NCBI GenBank assembly: GCA_964252075.1
Contig: CAXULY010000031.1
Coordinates: 1 to 64,000 of the forward strand
Direction of reading: 5' to 3'
Origin: an uncultured Deinococcaceae bacterium
Lineage (GTDB): Bacteria > Deinococcota > Deinococci > Deinococcales > Deinococcaceae
Length of the DNA stretch: 64,000 nt
The notes beneath the pieces were generated by a model. That model ran no database searches, had not been told where the DNA came from, and was given only the letters and a program-made list of their open reading frames with translations. The stretch's first letter is position 1, and the number at the start of each line of letters is the position of its first letter. Position numbers and translations under genes: made by a program. Positions 8,496 to 21,571 of this stretch are shown here, piece by piece.

Positions 8496-9519
8496 GCGCC
8501 TGTACCTCTCGGTAGGCGGGCCAGCCGTTCGCGCCCTGCGCGTTCAGGGCAGCGTGGACGATGGCGCGCGAAATGGTGTCGGCAGCAAGGGACCCCAGGC
8601 GGCTGAGGTCCTCGGGTCCGCTCACCGCTTCCCCACCCGTCCCGGCGGCAAACACCACGTCGCCGTCGAAGGGCGTGTGGACGGGCCAGATGGCACGCGG
8701 CAGGCCGTCCTGCGCCATCTGCGCGACCTTGAGGGCCTGCGCCTTGGCGAGCGCACGGTTCACCGCGACGAGCGCAAGGGTGGTGTTGCGCCCCGTGCGA
8801 GGCGCCTGCGGCTCGGGCAGCACGGAGAGGTTCACGGGCGCGAGCGGCCCGCCGAACTCACCCGCCAGTTCGAGGTGCGCGGCGTACAGCATCCCCGAGC
8901 CGGGCGAGAAGACCTGCCCGCCGCTGTTCAAGGCGACGAGGGCGCCGATGACGGTGCCGTCCTCCAGCACGGTGCTGGCCGTCCCGATGCCGCCCTTCAG
9001 CCGCCCGGCCCGGGCGCCCGTGCCCGCACCGACGTTCCCCTGCTCGACGGGGCCAGAGGCGGCAACCTCTGCCGCACGCTCCCCGAAGCCCGCGTCGGGC
9101 CGCCCCGTGAAGTCCCCGCCGCGGTCCAGATCGAACAGCACGGCGGCGGGCACGATGGGCACCACGCGCCCCTCCCCCAGGTCGAAACCCACGCCGCGCG
9201 CCTCCAGCACCCGCATCACGCCGCTCGCGGCGTCCAGGCCGTAGGCGCTGCCGCCGCTCAGCACGAGCGCGTGGATGCGCTGCACGGCGTTCTCGGGGCG
9301 CAGCAGGTCCGTCTCGCGCGTGCCGGGCGCCGCGCCGCCCACGTCCACGCTCGCCACCGCGCCGCCGTCGAACAGGACGACGGTGGTGCCGGTGTGCTGC
9401 GCGGCGTCCGTGTGGTGCCCGACGCGCACGCCGGGCACGTCCGTGATGGCGTTCAGCGGGCCGGGCCGCAGCGCGCCCCGGTCCTGACTGGCCTTGGAAC
9501 CCGCCTCGAATTTCGTCAC
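8488..9519 (-). CDS. P1/S58 family peptidase (DmpA-like)
   Basis: NAITDVPGVRVGH, GAAPGTRET, NTT, HTPFDGD. Confidence 0.9.
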   Translation of the reverse strand: MTKFEAGSKASQDRGALRPGPLNAITDVPGVRVGHHTDAAQHTGTTVVLFDGGAVASVDVGGAAPGTRETDLLRPENAVQRIHALVLSGGSAYGLDAASGVMRVLEARGVGFDLGEGRVVPIVPAAVLFDLDRGGDFTGRPDAGFGERAAEVAASGPVEQGNVGAGTGARAGRLKGGIGTASTVLEDGTVIGALVALNSGGQVFSPGSGMLYAAHLELAGEFGGPLAPVNLSVLPEPQAPRTGRNTTLALVAVNRALAKAQALKVAQMAQDGLPRAIWPVHTPFDGDVVFAAGTGGEAVSGPEDLSRLGSLAADTISRAIVHAALNAQGANGWPAYREVQAHE

Positions 9520-9544
9520 ACCTCTCCCCCGTTCATGCTGCCCA

Positions 9545-10372
9545 TCATGCGCCCTCGTGGCCGCGCAGGCCGTCGCCCAGCAGGTTGAAGCCCAGTACGC
9601 CCAGCATGATGGCGGCGCCCGGCACGACGGTCGGCCACGCGGAGAAATACAGGTAGCTCTGCGCCTCGCGCAGCATGTTGCCCCAGCTGGCCTGCGGCGG
9701 CTGAATGCCGAGCCCCAGGTACGAGAGCGCGCCCTCGATCAGGATGGCGGCGCCCAGCGTGAAGCTCGCCTGCACAATCAGGGGCCGCAGGATGTTCGGG
9801 AGGACGTGCCGCCACAGCACGCGCGGTCCCGCCGCGCCGAGTGCCTGCGCCGCCTCGATGTACGGCTCGGCGCGCACGCTGATCGCGCCGGAGCGCGTGA
9901 GGCGCGCGAAGACCGGGATGGCGCTGATGCCGACCGCGACCATCGCGGGCAGCAGGCCCGCCCCCCAGGCGGTGACGAGCAGCATGACGAGCAGGAGGGT
10001 GGGGAACACGTACACGGAGTCCAGCAGCAGCGTGAGGCCGCGGTCCAGGCGCCCACCGTAGAAGCCCGCGAGGAGGCCCAGCGGGAGGCCCGCGCCGAGC
10101 CCCACCCCGACCGCGACGAGGCCCACCGCAAGCGCGCTGCGCGCCCCAACCATCACGCGCGCGAGGAGGTCCCGGCCGAAGGCGTCCGTGCCGAGCAGGT
10201 GCCCGTCTCCGGGAGGCTTGAGGCGGGAGAGCAGGTCGCCCCCGTTCGGGTCGGCGGGCAGCCACGCGAAGCTCACGAGCGCCGCGAGCACCACCACGCC
10301 CACCAGCACCGCGCCGAGCACCAGGGAGGCGTTCGCGCGGCGGCGACGGGCGCGCACCGCCGCCCTAGCCAT
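9545..10372 (-). CDS. Peptide/nickel ABC permease (DppC-like)
   Basis: HLLGTDAFGRD; EAA motif YIEAAQALGA. Confidence 0.9.
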   Translation of the reverse strand: MARAAVRARRRRANASLVLGAVLVGVVVLAALVSFAWLPADPNGGDLLSRLKPPGDGHLLGTDAFGRDLLARVMVGARSALAVGLVAVGVGLGAGLPLGLLAGFYGGRLDRGLTLLLDSVYVFPTLLLVMLLVTAWGAGLLPAMVAVGISAIPVFARLTRSGAISVRAEPYIEAAQALGAAGPRVLWRHVLPNILRPLIVQASFTLGAAILIEGALSYLGLGIQPPQASWGNMLREAQSYLYFSAWPTVVPGAAIMLGVLGFNLLGDGLRGHEGA

Positions 10373-11288
10373 AACGCACCCGGGGGTCCGCGAGGCCGTA
10401 GGCGACATCCACCAGCAGGTTCACGAGGACCACGAAGGCCGCGAGCAGCAGCACCACACCCTGCACGAGCGGAAAATCGCGCGCGGCGATGGCCTGTAGG
10501 GCGAGCGTGCCGAGGCCCGGCAGCGCGAACACGTTCTCCACGATCACGGTGCCGGTCAGCAGTTCCGCGAACTCCAGGCCCAGCACGGTGAGGAGCGGCA
10601 CGAGTGCGCCGCGCAGGCTGTGCCCGAGCAGCACGCGGCGCTCGCTGAGGCCCTTCGCGCGCGCGGTGCGCACGTAGTCGCTGCGCAGGGCGCCCAGCAG
10701 GGCCGAGCGCACCATGCGGGTGGGGAGGCTCACGCGCACCAGCACGAGGGTCACGATGGGCAGGATCAGGTCGGCGGGCCGGGCGTACCCCGTGGAGGTC
10801 AGCAGGTGCAGGCGCACCGCGAACAGCAGGATGAGCAGCAGGCCCAGCCAGAAGGCGGGCACGGCGGACAGCAGCGTGAGCACGAAGCGCAGGGCGAAGT
10901 CCAGCGGCCTCCCCGCCCGGCGCGCGGCCAGCACCCCCAGCGTGAGGGCGAGCGTGCCCGCCAGCAGCAGGCTGAACACCGTGAGCAGCAACGTGAACGG
11001 CAGGCGTGCGAGGAGCAGCTGCCCAACGGGCTGGCTGTAGCGGATGGACTGCCCCAGGTCGCCCTGCAGGGCGTGTCCCAGCCACATGAAGTAGCGCGTG
11101 ACGGGCGGGAGGTTCAGGCCCAGCTGCTCGCGCAGCGCCGCGACCGCCTCGGGCGTGGCGCCCACCCCCAGCAGGCTGAGGGCGGGGTCGCCGGGAATGA
11201 GGTTCAGGCTGAAGAACACGATGAGGCTCGCGATGAACAGCGTGACGACCGCCACGCCCGCGCGCCACAGGAGGTTCCCCCAGTTCAC
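10365..11288 (-). CDS. Peptide/nickel ABC permease (DppB-like)
   Basis: PGDPA, GDLGQS, DYVRTARAKG, RDFPLVQG. Confidence 0.9.
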   Translation of the reverse strand: MNWGNLLWRAGVAVVTLFIASLIVFFSLNLIPGDPALSLLGVGATPEAVAALREQLGLNLPPVTRYFMWLGHALQGDLGQSIRYSQPVGQLLLARLPFTLLLTVFSLLLAGTLALTLGVLAARRAGRPLDFALRFVLTLLSAVPAFWLGLLLILLFAVRLHLLTSTGYARPADLILPIVTLVLVRVSLPTRMVRSALLGALRSDYVRTARAKGLSERRVLLGHSLRGALVPLLTVLGLEFAELLTGTVIVENVFALPGLGTLALQAIAARDFPLVQGVVLLLAAFVVLVNLLVDVAYGLADPRVRYG

Positions 11289-12154
11289 GCGGGCAGGACC
11301 GCCAGCAGGGCTTGCAGGAACGCCTCCGGGCGCTCCTGGTGCGGGAGGTGCCCCACGCCAGGCAGGACGGTGAGACTGGCCTGGGGGAGTGCGGAGCGCA
11401 GGCGTTCCGCGAGGGCGAGCGGCACGATGGCGTCCCGCTCACCCCAGATGAGGTGGACGGGCAGTCCGTCCAGGCGGGCCAGGTCGAGTGCCGGGGTGGT
11501 GAACAGGGAACGGATGCCCCCGAGGAAGGCGTCGCGCTGCGTGTCGGACCACACGCGCGCCCACACCCGCTCGCGCAGGAAGGCACGGTCCGCCTCGGGG
11601 AGCGCCGCGAGGTTCGCGTAGAAGGGCGTGAGGGTGCCGTAGGCGGCGGCCTGACCCTGGTCGCGCAGACCGTTGTAGAAGGCCTCGCCCACGCCGGGCT
11701 CCGCGAGGGGGCTGCCGCCCTCCCCGAAGTGCCCGGCGGGGCCGCCCCCGACGAGGGTGAGGCCCGCCACGCGGTCCCGCGCGCGCGCCGCGACCTCCGC
11801 CGCGACCGCACCGCCCATGGAGGACCCCACCACCTGCACGTCACGTAGATCAAGGGCCTTCAGTAGTTCCGCCACCGCGTCCGCGAGGTCGCTGATCTGA
11901 CCCGTCCCCATGGGTTTCGAGCGCCCGAAGCCGGGCAGGTCGGGGGCAATCACGCGCCAGGTGTTCGCCAGTTCAGGCAGCACCTGGCGCCAGGTATCCG
12001 CCTCGTCGCCGTTGCCGTGCAGGAGCAGCAGGGGCGGCCCGTTGCCCACGTCGTACAGGAAGAGGTCCCCCGCCTCGCGCGCGAAGGGGGCGAGCCCGGG
12101 CGGCGGGGCGAAACCGTCGCCCCGCCCACCGTCCGTGTTTGGTGTGCCCGTCAC
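11285..12154 (-). CDS. Alpha/beta fold hydrolase
   Basis: LLHG, DLPGFGRS, GSSMGG nucleophile, WGERD, GHLPH. Confidence 0.9.
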   Translation of the reverse strand: MTGTPNTDGGRGDGFAPPPGLAPFAREAGDLFLYDVGNGPPLLLLHGNGDEADTWRQVLPELANTWRVIAPDLPGFGRSKPMGTGQISDLADAVAELLKALDLRDVQVVGSSMGGAVAAEVAARARDRVAGLTLVGGGPAGHFGEGGSPLAEPGVGEAFYNGLRDQGQAAAYGTLTPFYANLAALPEADRAFLRERVWARVWSDTQRDAFLGGIRSLFTTPALDLARLDGLPVHLIWGERDAIVPLALAERLRSALPQASLTVLPGVGHLPHQERPEAFLQALLAVLPA

Positions 12155-12158
12155 CCGC

Positions 12159-13640
12159 TTATTTTTGCCAGCTGACGTGCGTGACGTCCAGGCTCTCGAT
12201 GGGCGAGCCGACCGTCCAGCCCGTCACGCCCTTGCGCAGCGCCGTGATGGTGGGGAACTCCATCACCCAGTCGTTCACGGCGTCGTCGCTGAGGATCTTC
12301 TGCAGGTCCTTCATGGCCTGCGCCGCCTGGGTGGGCGAGCCACTCTGGTACTTCTTGAAGGTCGCCTGGAATTTCGCGCTGTTGTAGCGGAAGTAGTACT
12401 TCGGGTTGGCGTAGATGCCGATGTCGTTCGCCTCGACGTGCCCGATGACGGTCGCCTGGTAGTCGGCGTTCGTATAGATCTTGGTGAGCCACGTGCTGAA
12501 CTCGATGCTGCGCACCTGCGCCTTGATGCCCACCTTCGCCCACTGCGCAGCGACCGCCTGCCCGATGCGCACCTCGTTCTGGTACTGGGCGGGCAGGTCG
12601 AAGGTGAAGGTGAGGGGCTTCTGGTCGGTGTACCCGGCGGCCTTCAGGAGCGCTTTTGCCTTGTCGGGGTTGTAGGGGTAGGCCCCCTTGAGGTCCACGT
12701 AGTCCGTCTCGCTGGGCGTGCGGTGGCTGCCGATGGCGACGCCCTGCCCGAAGAACAGGCCCTGCACGATCTCCGGCTTGTTCGTGGCGTACGCGAGCGC
12801 CTGGCGCACGCGCACGTCGTTGAAGGGCGCGGCGCTGTTGTTCAGCCCGATGGTCATTTTGGTGGTGGAGCCGCCCGTGAGGAGCTGCAGGTTCGGGTCG
12901 GACTTGATGGCGGGGATGTTCTCCGGCCCCACGCCGTACCCGATCACGTCCACGTCGCCGGCCTTGAGTGCGGCGAGCTGCGCGTTCAGGTCAGGGATGA
13001 TCCGGAAGGTGACCTTGCTGAGTTTCGGGAGGCTCTTGTCCCAGTACCCGTCGAATTTCGTCAGTTCGATGCTGCTGCCGCGGTTCCAGGCGCTGAACTT
13101 GAAGGGCCCCGTGCCGATGGGGTTGGTCTTCTGGTTGGCTTCCTTGCCTTTCGGGCCGATCACGGAGTCGGAGCGCGAGAGGTTGAAGAGCAGGTCGTTG
13201 TCCGGCTGGCTGAGCTTCACGACCACAGTGCCCTGGCCCTGCGCGGTGACGGACTTGATGCTGGCGTAGTACTCGGGGTGCGTGTGGCCGCTCTTGGCGT
13301 CGCGCGCGCGGTTCAGGGCCGCGACCACGTCGTCCGCGCCGAAGGCGGAGCCGTCGTGGAACTTCACGCCGCTGCGCAGCTTGAAGGTGTAGGTGAGGCC
13401 GTCCGGGGAGATGGTGTAGGAGCTGGCGAGGAGCGGCACGATCTTGCCCTGCGCGTTCGCGGTGAGGAGGCCCTGCATGACGTTCAGGTTGAACACGCGG
13501 GCGATCTCGGCGGACGGCGACGCGGTGGGGTCCAGCAGCGGCGGCTCGGCGGCAATCGCGACGTTCAGGGCGCTGGGGTTGGACTGGGCGCTGGCGCTCG
13601 CGGCCAGCAGCAGGAGGGCACTCAGGAGGGTTCGTTTCAT
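12159..13640 (-). CDS. ABC substrate-binding protein, family 5
   Basis: Signal peptide; PLLASSYTISPDGLTYTFKLRSGVKFHDG; IGTGPF. Confidence 0.92.
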   Translation of the reverse strand: MKRTLLSALLLLAASASAQSNPSALNVAIAAEPPLLDPTASPSAEIARVFNLNVMQGLLTANAQGKIVPLLASSYTISPDGLTYTFKLRSGVKFHDGSAFGADDVVAALNRARDAKSGHTHPEYYASIKSVTAQGQGTVVVKLSQPDNDLLFNLSRSDSVIGPKGKEANQKTNPIGTGPFKFSAWNRGSSIELTKFDGYWDKSLPKLSKVTFRIIPDLNAQLAALKAGDVDVIGYGVGPENIPAIKSDPNLQLLTGGSTTKMTIGLNNSAAPFNDVRVRQALAYATNKPEIVQGLFFGQGVAIGSHRTPSETDYVDLKGAYPYNPDKAKALLKAAGYTDQKPLTFTFDLPAQYQNEVRIGQAVAAQWAKVGIKAQVRSIEFSTWLTKIYTNADYQATVIGHVEANDIGIYANPKYYFRYNSAKFQATFKKYQSGSPTQAAQAMKDLQKILSDDAVNDWVMEFPTITALRKGVTGWTVGSPIESLDVTHVSWQK

Positions 13641-13665
13641 AGGTGGACCTCGTTGAGACGCGCGT

Positions 13666-15003
13666 TCACTCGTCGCGCAGGGGGGGGCTGTCCAGGTTAT
13701 GCCAGCGCTTCAGGTGGTCTTTGTGGGTCTGCAGGTACGCGCCCGGCTCGAAGAGCGTGTCGTAGTACTCCAGGTCCAGGTGGTGCGCCTGCAGGTACAG
13801 CGAGATGAACAGGGACGGCACCGTGCCGGGGAACTTCCCGAAGGTCTCAAAGATGTACTGCGCCTGACGGGCGACGAGCTCGATCACGCGGTCGCTGTAC
13901 GGCAGGGCGTTGCCGCGCACGTGGGCGCTGTTCCGCCAGGGGCCGGGCGTGTCCGGGTGGTAGGGGCCGCCGGGGCCGAACTTGCGGTCCACGACCGCCT
14001 GCACGGCGGCGCGCATGTCCGGGTGGTGCGGGGGCGTGAAGGCCTCGAAGACGCCCTCCAGGCCCGTGGGGTTGGGGAGGGACCAGCGCGGGTCGGTATC
14101 GTACCGGAAGCCCAGGCCGGGCACGTCCGGGTCGCCGCTGGCGCCCAGCACGGTGAGGCGGTCGATGCCGTTGAAGGCCCAGCCGCCCAGCCCCATGCCC
14201 TGCAGCAGCAGCGCGCCCGCGTAGGCGCTGGTCGCGAGTTCCGCCGTGACCTCGCTCAGCGAGTACTGCTCCAGGAAGGTCAGGGGGTAGCTGGCGTTCA
14301 GGTCCACCAGATCCCCGAATTCCTCCAGGTCCGGGATGGGCCGGTGGTTGATGTCGTCGAAGATGGCGAAGCCGTTCACCGCGAAGAAGAACAGGTTCAG
14401 GATGGTGTGCTGCGAGACGTCCCCGACCGGGATGACCAGCAGGCTGCCGGGTTTGTTCGCCACCCAGGAGTTGTGCCCCTCCATGTACGGCTCGCGGTTG
14501 GGGATGTGCAGGCGCGTGTCGGACAGCTTGCGCACGTACTGCGCGTGCGCCTTCACGAGTTCCAGGGTGTCCGGCTGGCCGCCCTCGCCGCGCGCGAGGG
14601 GCGGCTGGCCGTCGCGCGTGTCGAAGAAGTACGTGCCGGAGTCGTCCGTGAAGAACAGCTGCGAGGTGTGGAAGCCCGCCGCGGACGGGAAGGTGCGGCC
14701 CGTGGGGGTGGCGGGGTAGTTGCTGAGGTGCGGCGCGTAGCGGTCGTGGCGCGTGACGTTGTTGTGCAGGCCAGTCTTGCCGGACACCGCCGTGAGGATC
14801 AGCAGGCGCTCCAGTTCAGTCAATGGCAGCGGCGCAAAGCGCGAGCGGAAGGCGAGGGGGCCGTCCGGCACCTCGGCGCCCAAGAAGAAGCGGCGGGAGC
14901 GACGCCCGAAGAGGGCGTCCGTGAGCGGAAAGCGCAGGAGTTCCTGCAGGGCTTCGGCCTCGTGGTCCTGCGCGGTGGGCGGATCGATGGGTGTGTGGGT
15001 CAC
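13666..15003 (-). CDS. Uncharacterised nitroreductase/SagB-like flavoprotein
   Basis: GRRSRRF (RRSxR FMN motif), RTFPSAAG, QGMGLGGW. Confidence 0.65.
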   Translation of the reverse strand: MTHTPIDPPTAQDHEAEALQELLRFPLTDALFGRRSRRFFLGAEVPDGPLAFRSRFAPLPLTELERLLILTAVSGKTGLHNNVTRHDRYAPHLSNYPATPTGRTFPSAAGFHTSQLFFTDDSGTYFFDTRDGQPPLARGEGGQPDTLELVKAHAQYVRKLSDTRLHIPNREPYMEGHNSWVANKPGSLLVIPVGDVSQHTILNLFFFAVNGFAIFDDINHRPIPDLEEFGDLVDLNASYPLTFLEQYSLSEVTAELATSAYAGALLLQGMGLGGWAFNGIDRLTVLGASGDPDVPGLGFRYDTDPRWSLPNPTGLEGVFEAFTPPHHPDMRAAVQAVVDRKFGPGGPYHPDTPGPWRNSAHVRGNALPYSDRVIELVARQAQYIFETFGKFPGTVPSLFISLYLQAHHLDLEYYDTLFEPGAYLQTHKDHLKRWHNLDSPPLRDE

Positions 15004-15126
15004 CTGGCACCTCGGTGGCGAGAAGGGTGGGCGACGGTGGTTTCGGGGATGGGTGCCGCCAGTGTAGTGGATTCACGGACGGCGGGCGCGCCCCCGGTGA
15101 GCACCGGATGGGCGCACTCTAAACTC

Positions 15127-15147
15127 AGTTGATAAAAGAAGTCAACT
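15127..15147 (-). promoter_or_regulatory. Palindromic operator overlapping the -35 of the operon promoter
   Basis: agttga-N9-tcaact; minus strand TTGACT...TAGAGT. Confidence 0.6.
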
Positions 15148-15187
15148 ATTGGGCGAAAAGGCGCGGAGGCGGGGCCTGAACCCGCCT

Positions 15188-15664
15188 TCAGCCCTTCACG
15201 GCGCCGTAGCGTTCCAGCACTAGGTAGATGATCCAGCCCGTCACCGCCACGTACAGCCACACCGGCACGGTCCAACGCACCCACTTCTTGTGGCGGTCGA
15301 AGAAGCTCCGCGCGGGTTGCGTCCCGATGTTGTTCAGGTTCCCGGCGTTGCGCAGGCCGTTCCAGGCGTTCAGGAGCGCCATCAGCGCGAGCGGCACGTT
15401 CAGGGCGGCGAGCAGCGTGTGGCTGCCCAGCAGCCACAGGTACCCGACACGCCACTCGGGCGGCCCCACCCACACCTTCGTGTACCCGATCGCGACCTTG
15501 CTGAGGTACAGCACCAGAAACACCACCGCGAGGCCGCTGGCGATCAGCATGGACCGCATGTGGTTCACGCGCTGCCCGCGCCGGATGAACACCACCCCGG
15601 CGATCAGCGCGATGCCACTGAGCACGATGGTGGTGACCGACCACCGCGCGAGGAATTCACCCAT
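15188..15664 (-). CDS. DUF420 membrane protein (CtaM-like)
   Basis: HMRSML...[32 protein letters not shown]; divergent from the cta cluster. Confidence 0.85.
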   Translation of the reverse strand: MGEFLARWSVTTIVLSGIALIAGVVFIRRGQRVNHMRSMLIASGLAVVFLVLYLSKVAIGYTKVWVGPPEWRVGYLWLLGSHTLLAALNVPLALMALLNAWNGLRNAGNLNNIGTQPARSFFDRHKKWVRWTVPVWLYVAVTGWIIYLVLERYGAVKG

Positions 15665-15838
15665 GTCCGCTGTCCATTCCGGATGTTACTATAGAGCGTC
15701 CTGGTGGGCGTTTTTCAGGGGACAATTGTACCCATGGAGGGGCAGGAGCGGACCTAAACTGGGTGTTGATCAAGACTGTTTGGGGGCTGTTCGGGCTGCC
15801 GGGCAGGACGCAGGCGCCCACTCGCGGCGCGAAGAGAG

Positions 15839-16834
15839 GTGAAGGTGAAAGCGCAAGCGTTGTCGTCGCGCCGGTGGGTGGGGGCGTTGCCCGTCCTGGC
15901 CTGGGTGGTGCTGGCCTACAACCTGCTGGTCATCGTGTGGGGCGCGTTCGTGCGCGTCTCCGAGTCCGGGGCGGGCTGCGGCAGCCACTGGCCCCTCTGT
16001 AACGGCGTGGTGCTGCCGCCCTCACCCACGCTGCACACCATCATTGAGTTCAGCCACCGCCTCACCAGCGGCCTCAGCGGCCTGCTGATCGTGGTGCTGG
16101 GCGTGCTGGTGTTCCTCGGCACGCGGCGCGGCCACCCGGCCCGCTGGGGTGCCGTCGCCAGTTTCGTGCTGGTGCTGCTGGAGGGCCTCATTGGCGGCGT
16201 GCAGGTGCTGCTGGGCCTCACCGCGACCTCCACTGACCCGCTGCGCGGGGTGGTGCAGGGCGTGCACCTCACGAACACCTTCCTGCTCACGGGCGCGCTG
16301 CTGCTCACGGCGCTGTGGCTCACGGGCCGCGCGGGCGCGGCGCTGCCCCGCCTGCGCGGCCAGGGGCTGCTGGGCTGGGCGAGCGCGCTGGCGCTGCTGC
16401 TCATGCTGGTGATTGGCATGGCGGGCTCCATCACGGCGCTCGGTGATCTGCTGTTCCGCCCGGTGGGCACCACCCCGGTCGGCACGCTGCAGCAGGACTT
16501 CGGCGGCACGGCCGGCATCCTGCAGCAGCTGCGCGTGGTGCACCCGGCACTGGCCGTGCTGGGGAGCGCGTACCTGGCGTGGTTCGCGGCGTTCGCCGCG
16601 CGCCTGCGCCCCGCGCACGCCGTGCGCTCCGCGCGCACGCTGGTGTGGGCCATGATTGGCGTGCAGGTGCTGGCGGGCCTCACGAACGTGGCGCTCAAGG
16701 CGCCCAGCTGGCTGCAGCTCACGCACCTGCTGCTCGCGTGCATGATGTGGCTCGCGGTGGTGTGGCTGACCGTGGCGGCGCTCGCCGCACCGCAGCCCAA
16801 GGCCGCGCCCAGCGGCGCGGGGATGGCGGCATGA
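15839..16834 (+). CDS. ctaA: Heme A synthase (COX15/CtaA)
   Basis: [19 protein letters not shown], multiple TM helices with His. Confidence 0.88.
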   Translation: MKVKAQALSSRRWVGALPVLAWVVLAYNLLVIVWGAFVRVSESGAGCGSHWPLCNGVVLPPSPTLHTIIEFSHRLTSGLSGLLIVVLGVLVFLGTRRGHPARWGAVASFVLVLLEGLIGGVQVLLGLTATSTDPLRGVVQGVHLTNTFLLTGALLLTALWLTGRAGAALPRLRGQGLLGWASALALLLMLVIGMAGSITALGDLLFRPVGTTPVGTLQQDFGGTAGILQQLRVVHPALAVLGSAYLAWFAAFAARLRPAHAVRSARTLVWAMIGVQVLAGLTNVALKAPSWLQLTHLLLACMMWLAVVWLTVAALAAPQPKAAPSGAGMAA

Positions 16835-17775
16835 CGGTGCACGGCCTGCAGCAGGACCTCACGGAGCACGGCACGGAGCCCGTGCCCACCCCGCGCGCCA
16901 CGTGGCGCGACTACCTCGCGCTCACCAAACCGAAGGTGATCAGCCTGCTGCTGTTCACGACGCTCACCGCCATGTTCATGGCGGCGCGCGGCTGGCCGGG
17001 CCTGTGGCTGCTGATCGCGGTGACGGTCGGCGGCTACGCCTCGGCGGGCGCGGCGGGCGTGTTCAACATGGTGATCGACCGCGACATCGACCTGCGCATG
17101 AAGCGCACCTCGAAGCGCCCCACCTCCAGCGGCCTGATCGGCAAGCGCGAGGCGATGATCTTCGGCCTCGCGCTTGCGGTCGGCTCCTTCGTGCTGCTGT
17201 GGTGGGCCGCGAACTTCCTGACGGCGCTCCTGAGCCTCGCGGGCCTCCTCACGTACGTGGTGGTGTACACGCTGTGGCTCAAGCGCGCCACGTGGCATAA
17301 CATCGTGATTGGCGGCGCCGCCGGGTGCTTCCCGCCGCTGGTGGGCTGGGCGGCCGTCACGGGCGACCTGAACCTCTTCGCGTGGTTCCTGTTCGCCATC
17401 GTGTTCTTCTGGACGCCCGTGCACTTCTGGGCGCTGGCCCTGATGATCAAGGACGACTACCGCGAGGTGGGCGTGCCGATGCTGCCCGTCGTGCACGGCG
17501 ACCGCCTCACCACCGCGCAGATCGCGCTGTACGCCGTGTACACGCTGGTGCTGAGCGTGCTGCCCGTGACCTTCCGGGAGGTGTCGTGGCTGTACCTGCT
17601 GGTCGCGCTCGTGAGTGGCGGCCTGCTGGTCGCGCGGTCCGTGCAGCTGTACCGTCATGTGGTCCGCACGGGCAGCGCCGAGCGGCGCGTGGCGGTGCCG
17701 CTGTACCTGTACTCCATGCTGTACCTCGCGGTGCTGTTCCTGGCGGGCGCGCTGGACCGCTCGCTCCTGGCGTGA
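16831..17775 (+). CDS. ctaB: Heme O synthase (protoheme IX farnesyltransferase)
   Basis: [41 protein letters not shown]. Confidence 0.95.
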   Translation: MTVHGLQQDLTEHGTEPVPTPRATWRDYLALTKPKVISLLLFTTLTAMFMAARGWPGLWLLIAVTVGGYASAGAAGVFNMVIDRDIDLRMKRTSKRPTSSGLIGKREAMIFGLALAVGSFVLLWWAANFLTALLSLAGLLTYVVVYTLWLKRATWHNIVIGGAAGCFPPLVGWAAVTGDLNLFAWFLFAIVFFWTPVHFWALALMIKDDYREVGVPMLPVVHGDRLTTAQIALYAVYTLVLSVLPVTFREVSWLYLLVALVSGGLLVARSVQLYRHVVRTGSAERRVAVPLYLYSMLYLAVLFLAGALDRSLLA

Positions 17776-17842
17776 CGGGGAAGCCCGCGCTCACGGCCAG
17801 AGGGTCAAAACGCCCTATGCTGTTGTGCAATAGAAAGGAGCC

Positions 17843-19009
17843 ATGTTGAACGCTTTCAGACGCCCCCCGAGGGCCACATCATTCCTGCGCTGGCTCGCGC
17901 TGGCCCTGCTGGGCTCCGGCGCTGCCCTCGCTGAGACCAAGCAACTGCTCACCATCGGCGACCTGCACTCGTTTAACAACCGCGAAGTCTGGTACATGAG
18001 CATCTGGGCGATCGTCTTCTCGATCGTGATTTTCGCGGCGGTCTCCTGGGCGCTGTTCTACACGGTCGCGAAGTTCCGCGAGCGGCCCGGCGAGGACCGC
18101 GAGCCCGCGCAGTTCCACGGCAACAACCGCCTGGAGATCGTGCTGATCGTGGTGCCTGTCGTGATCGTGGTGCTCCTGACGCTGCTGAGCGTGCGCGCCA
18201 TGGCGCGCCTGAACCCCACCCCCGCGGACGCCGTCAAGATTGACGTGCTGGGCGCGCAGTTCTACTGGAACTTCGACTACCCGGAAGTGAAGGTGCAGGG
18301 CGGCACCCTGATGAACGGCAACGAGCTGGTGCTGCCGGTCGGCAAGCAGATCGCGCTCACCATCACCGGCAAGGACGTCATCCACGCCTTCTGGGCGCCG
18401 AACCTCGGCGGTCAGCGCGACGCGATCCCCAGCGTGAAGAAGACCTGGCAGGTCGACACCAGCCGCCCCGGCGTGTACCAGGGCAACTGCACGGTGCTGT
18501 GCGGCGCCAGCCACGCCAACATGCGCTTCAAGGTGATCGTGCTGCCGCAGGCGCAGTACGACGCGTTCATCAAGGGCGCGCAGGCCTACGCGGCCCCCAC
18601 GCCCGCTGCGGGCAGCGCGGAGGCGCGCGGCTACCAGATCTTTATGCAGGGCAAGCCCGCCACGGGCGCCATCGCGTGCGCGTCCTGCCACCGCGTGCAG
18701 GGCACCCCCGCGAACGGCCAGAACGGCCCGGACCTGAGCTTCTTCGGTTCGCGCAACACGCTGGGCGCCGGCATGTGGGAGGGCGAGGCGCGCCTCAAGG
18801 CGCTGCACGAGTGGCTCAAGCACTCCCCGAACGTGAAGCCCGGCAGCCGCATGCCTGCCTACGACGGCCAGAACCACCTGCTGGACAACAAGGTCTTCAA
18901 GGCCGGCCTGCTGACCGACGCCGAGATTGACGACGTCGCCGCCTACATCCTGAGCCTCAAGCTCCCCGCAGACGCCGCGTACTGGGGCAAGGTCCCCGTG
19001 ATCAAGTAA
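17843..19009 (+). CDS. coxB: Cytochrome c oxidase subunit II with fused cytochrome c (caa3 type)
   Basis: DVIHAFW; CuA motif [17 protein letters not shown] heme c motif; MP ligand. Confidence 0.93.
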   Translation: MLNAFRRPPRATSFLRWLALALLGSGAALAETKQLLTIGDLHSFNNREVWYMSIWAIVFSIVIFAAVSWALFYTVAKFRERPGEDREPAQFHGNNRLEIVLIVVPVVIVVLLTLLSVRAMARLNPTPADAVKIDVLGAQFYWNFDYPEVKVQGGTLMNGNELVLPVGKQIALTITGKDVIHAFWAPNLGGQRDAIPSVKKTWQVDTSRPGVYQGNCTVLCGASHANMRFKVIVLPQAQYDAFIKGAQAYAAPTPAAGSAEARGYQIFMQGKPATGAIACASCHRVQGTPANGQNGPDLSFFGSRNTLGAGMWEGEARLKALHEWLKHSPNVKPGSRMPAYDGQNHLLDNKVFKAGLLTDAEIDDVAAYILSLKLPADAAYWGKVPVIK

Positions 19010-19026
19010 AGGAGGCGCGCGAAACC

Positions 19027-21456
<2,430 letters not shown>

Positions 21457-21571
21457 CCACGGCGTTCGAGCGGGCCGCACCCAGTGAGGTGCGGCCCGCT
21501 TTCTTTGGGGCTCATGACAAACTCAGGGGTGGCCGGGGTACACTCCGGGCATCCAGGGAGGCCGCCCCAGC

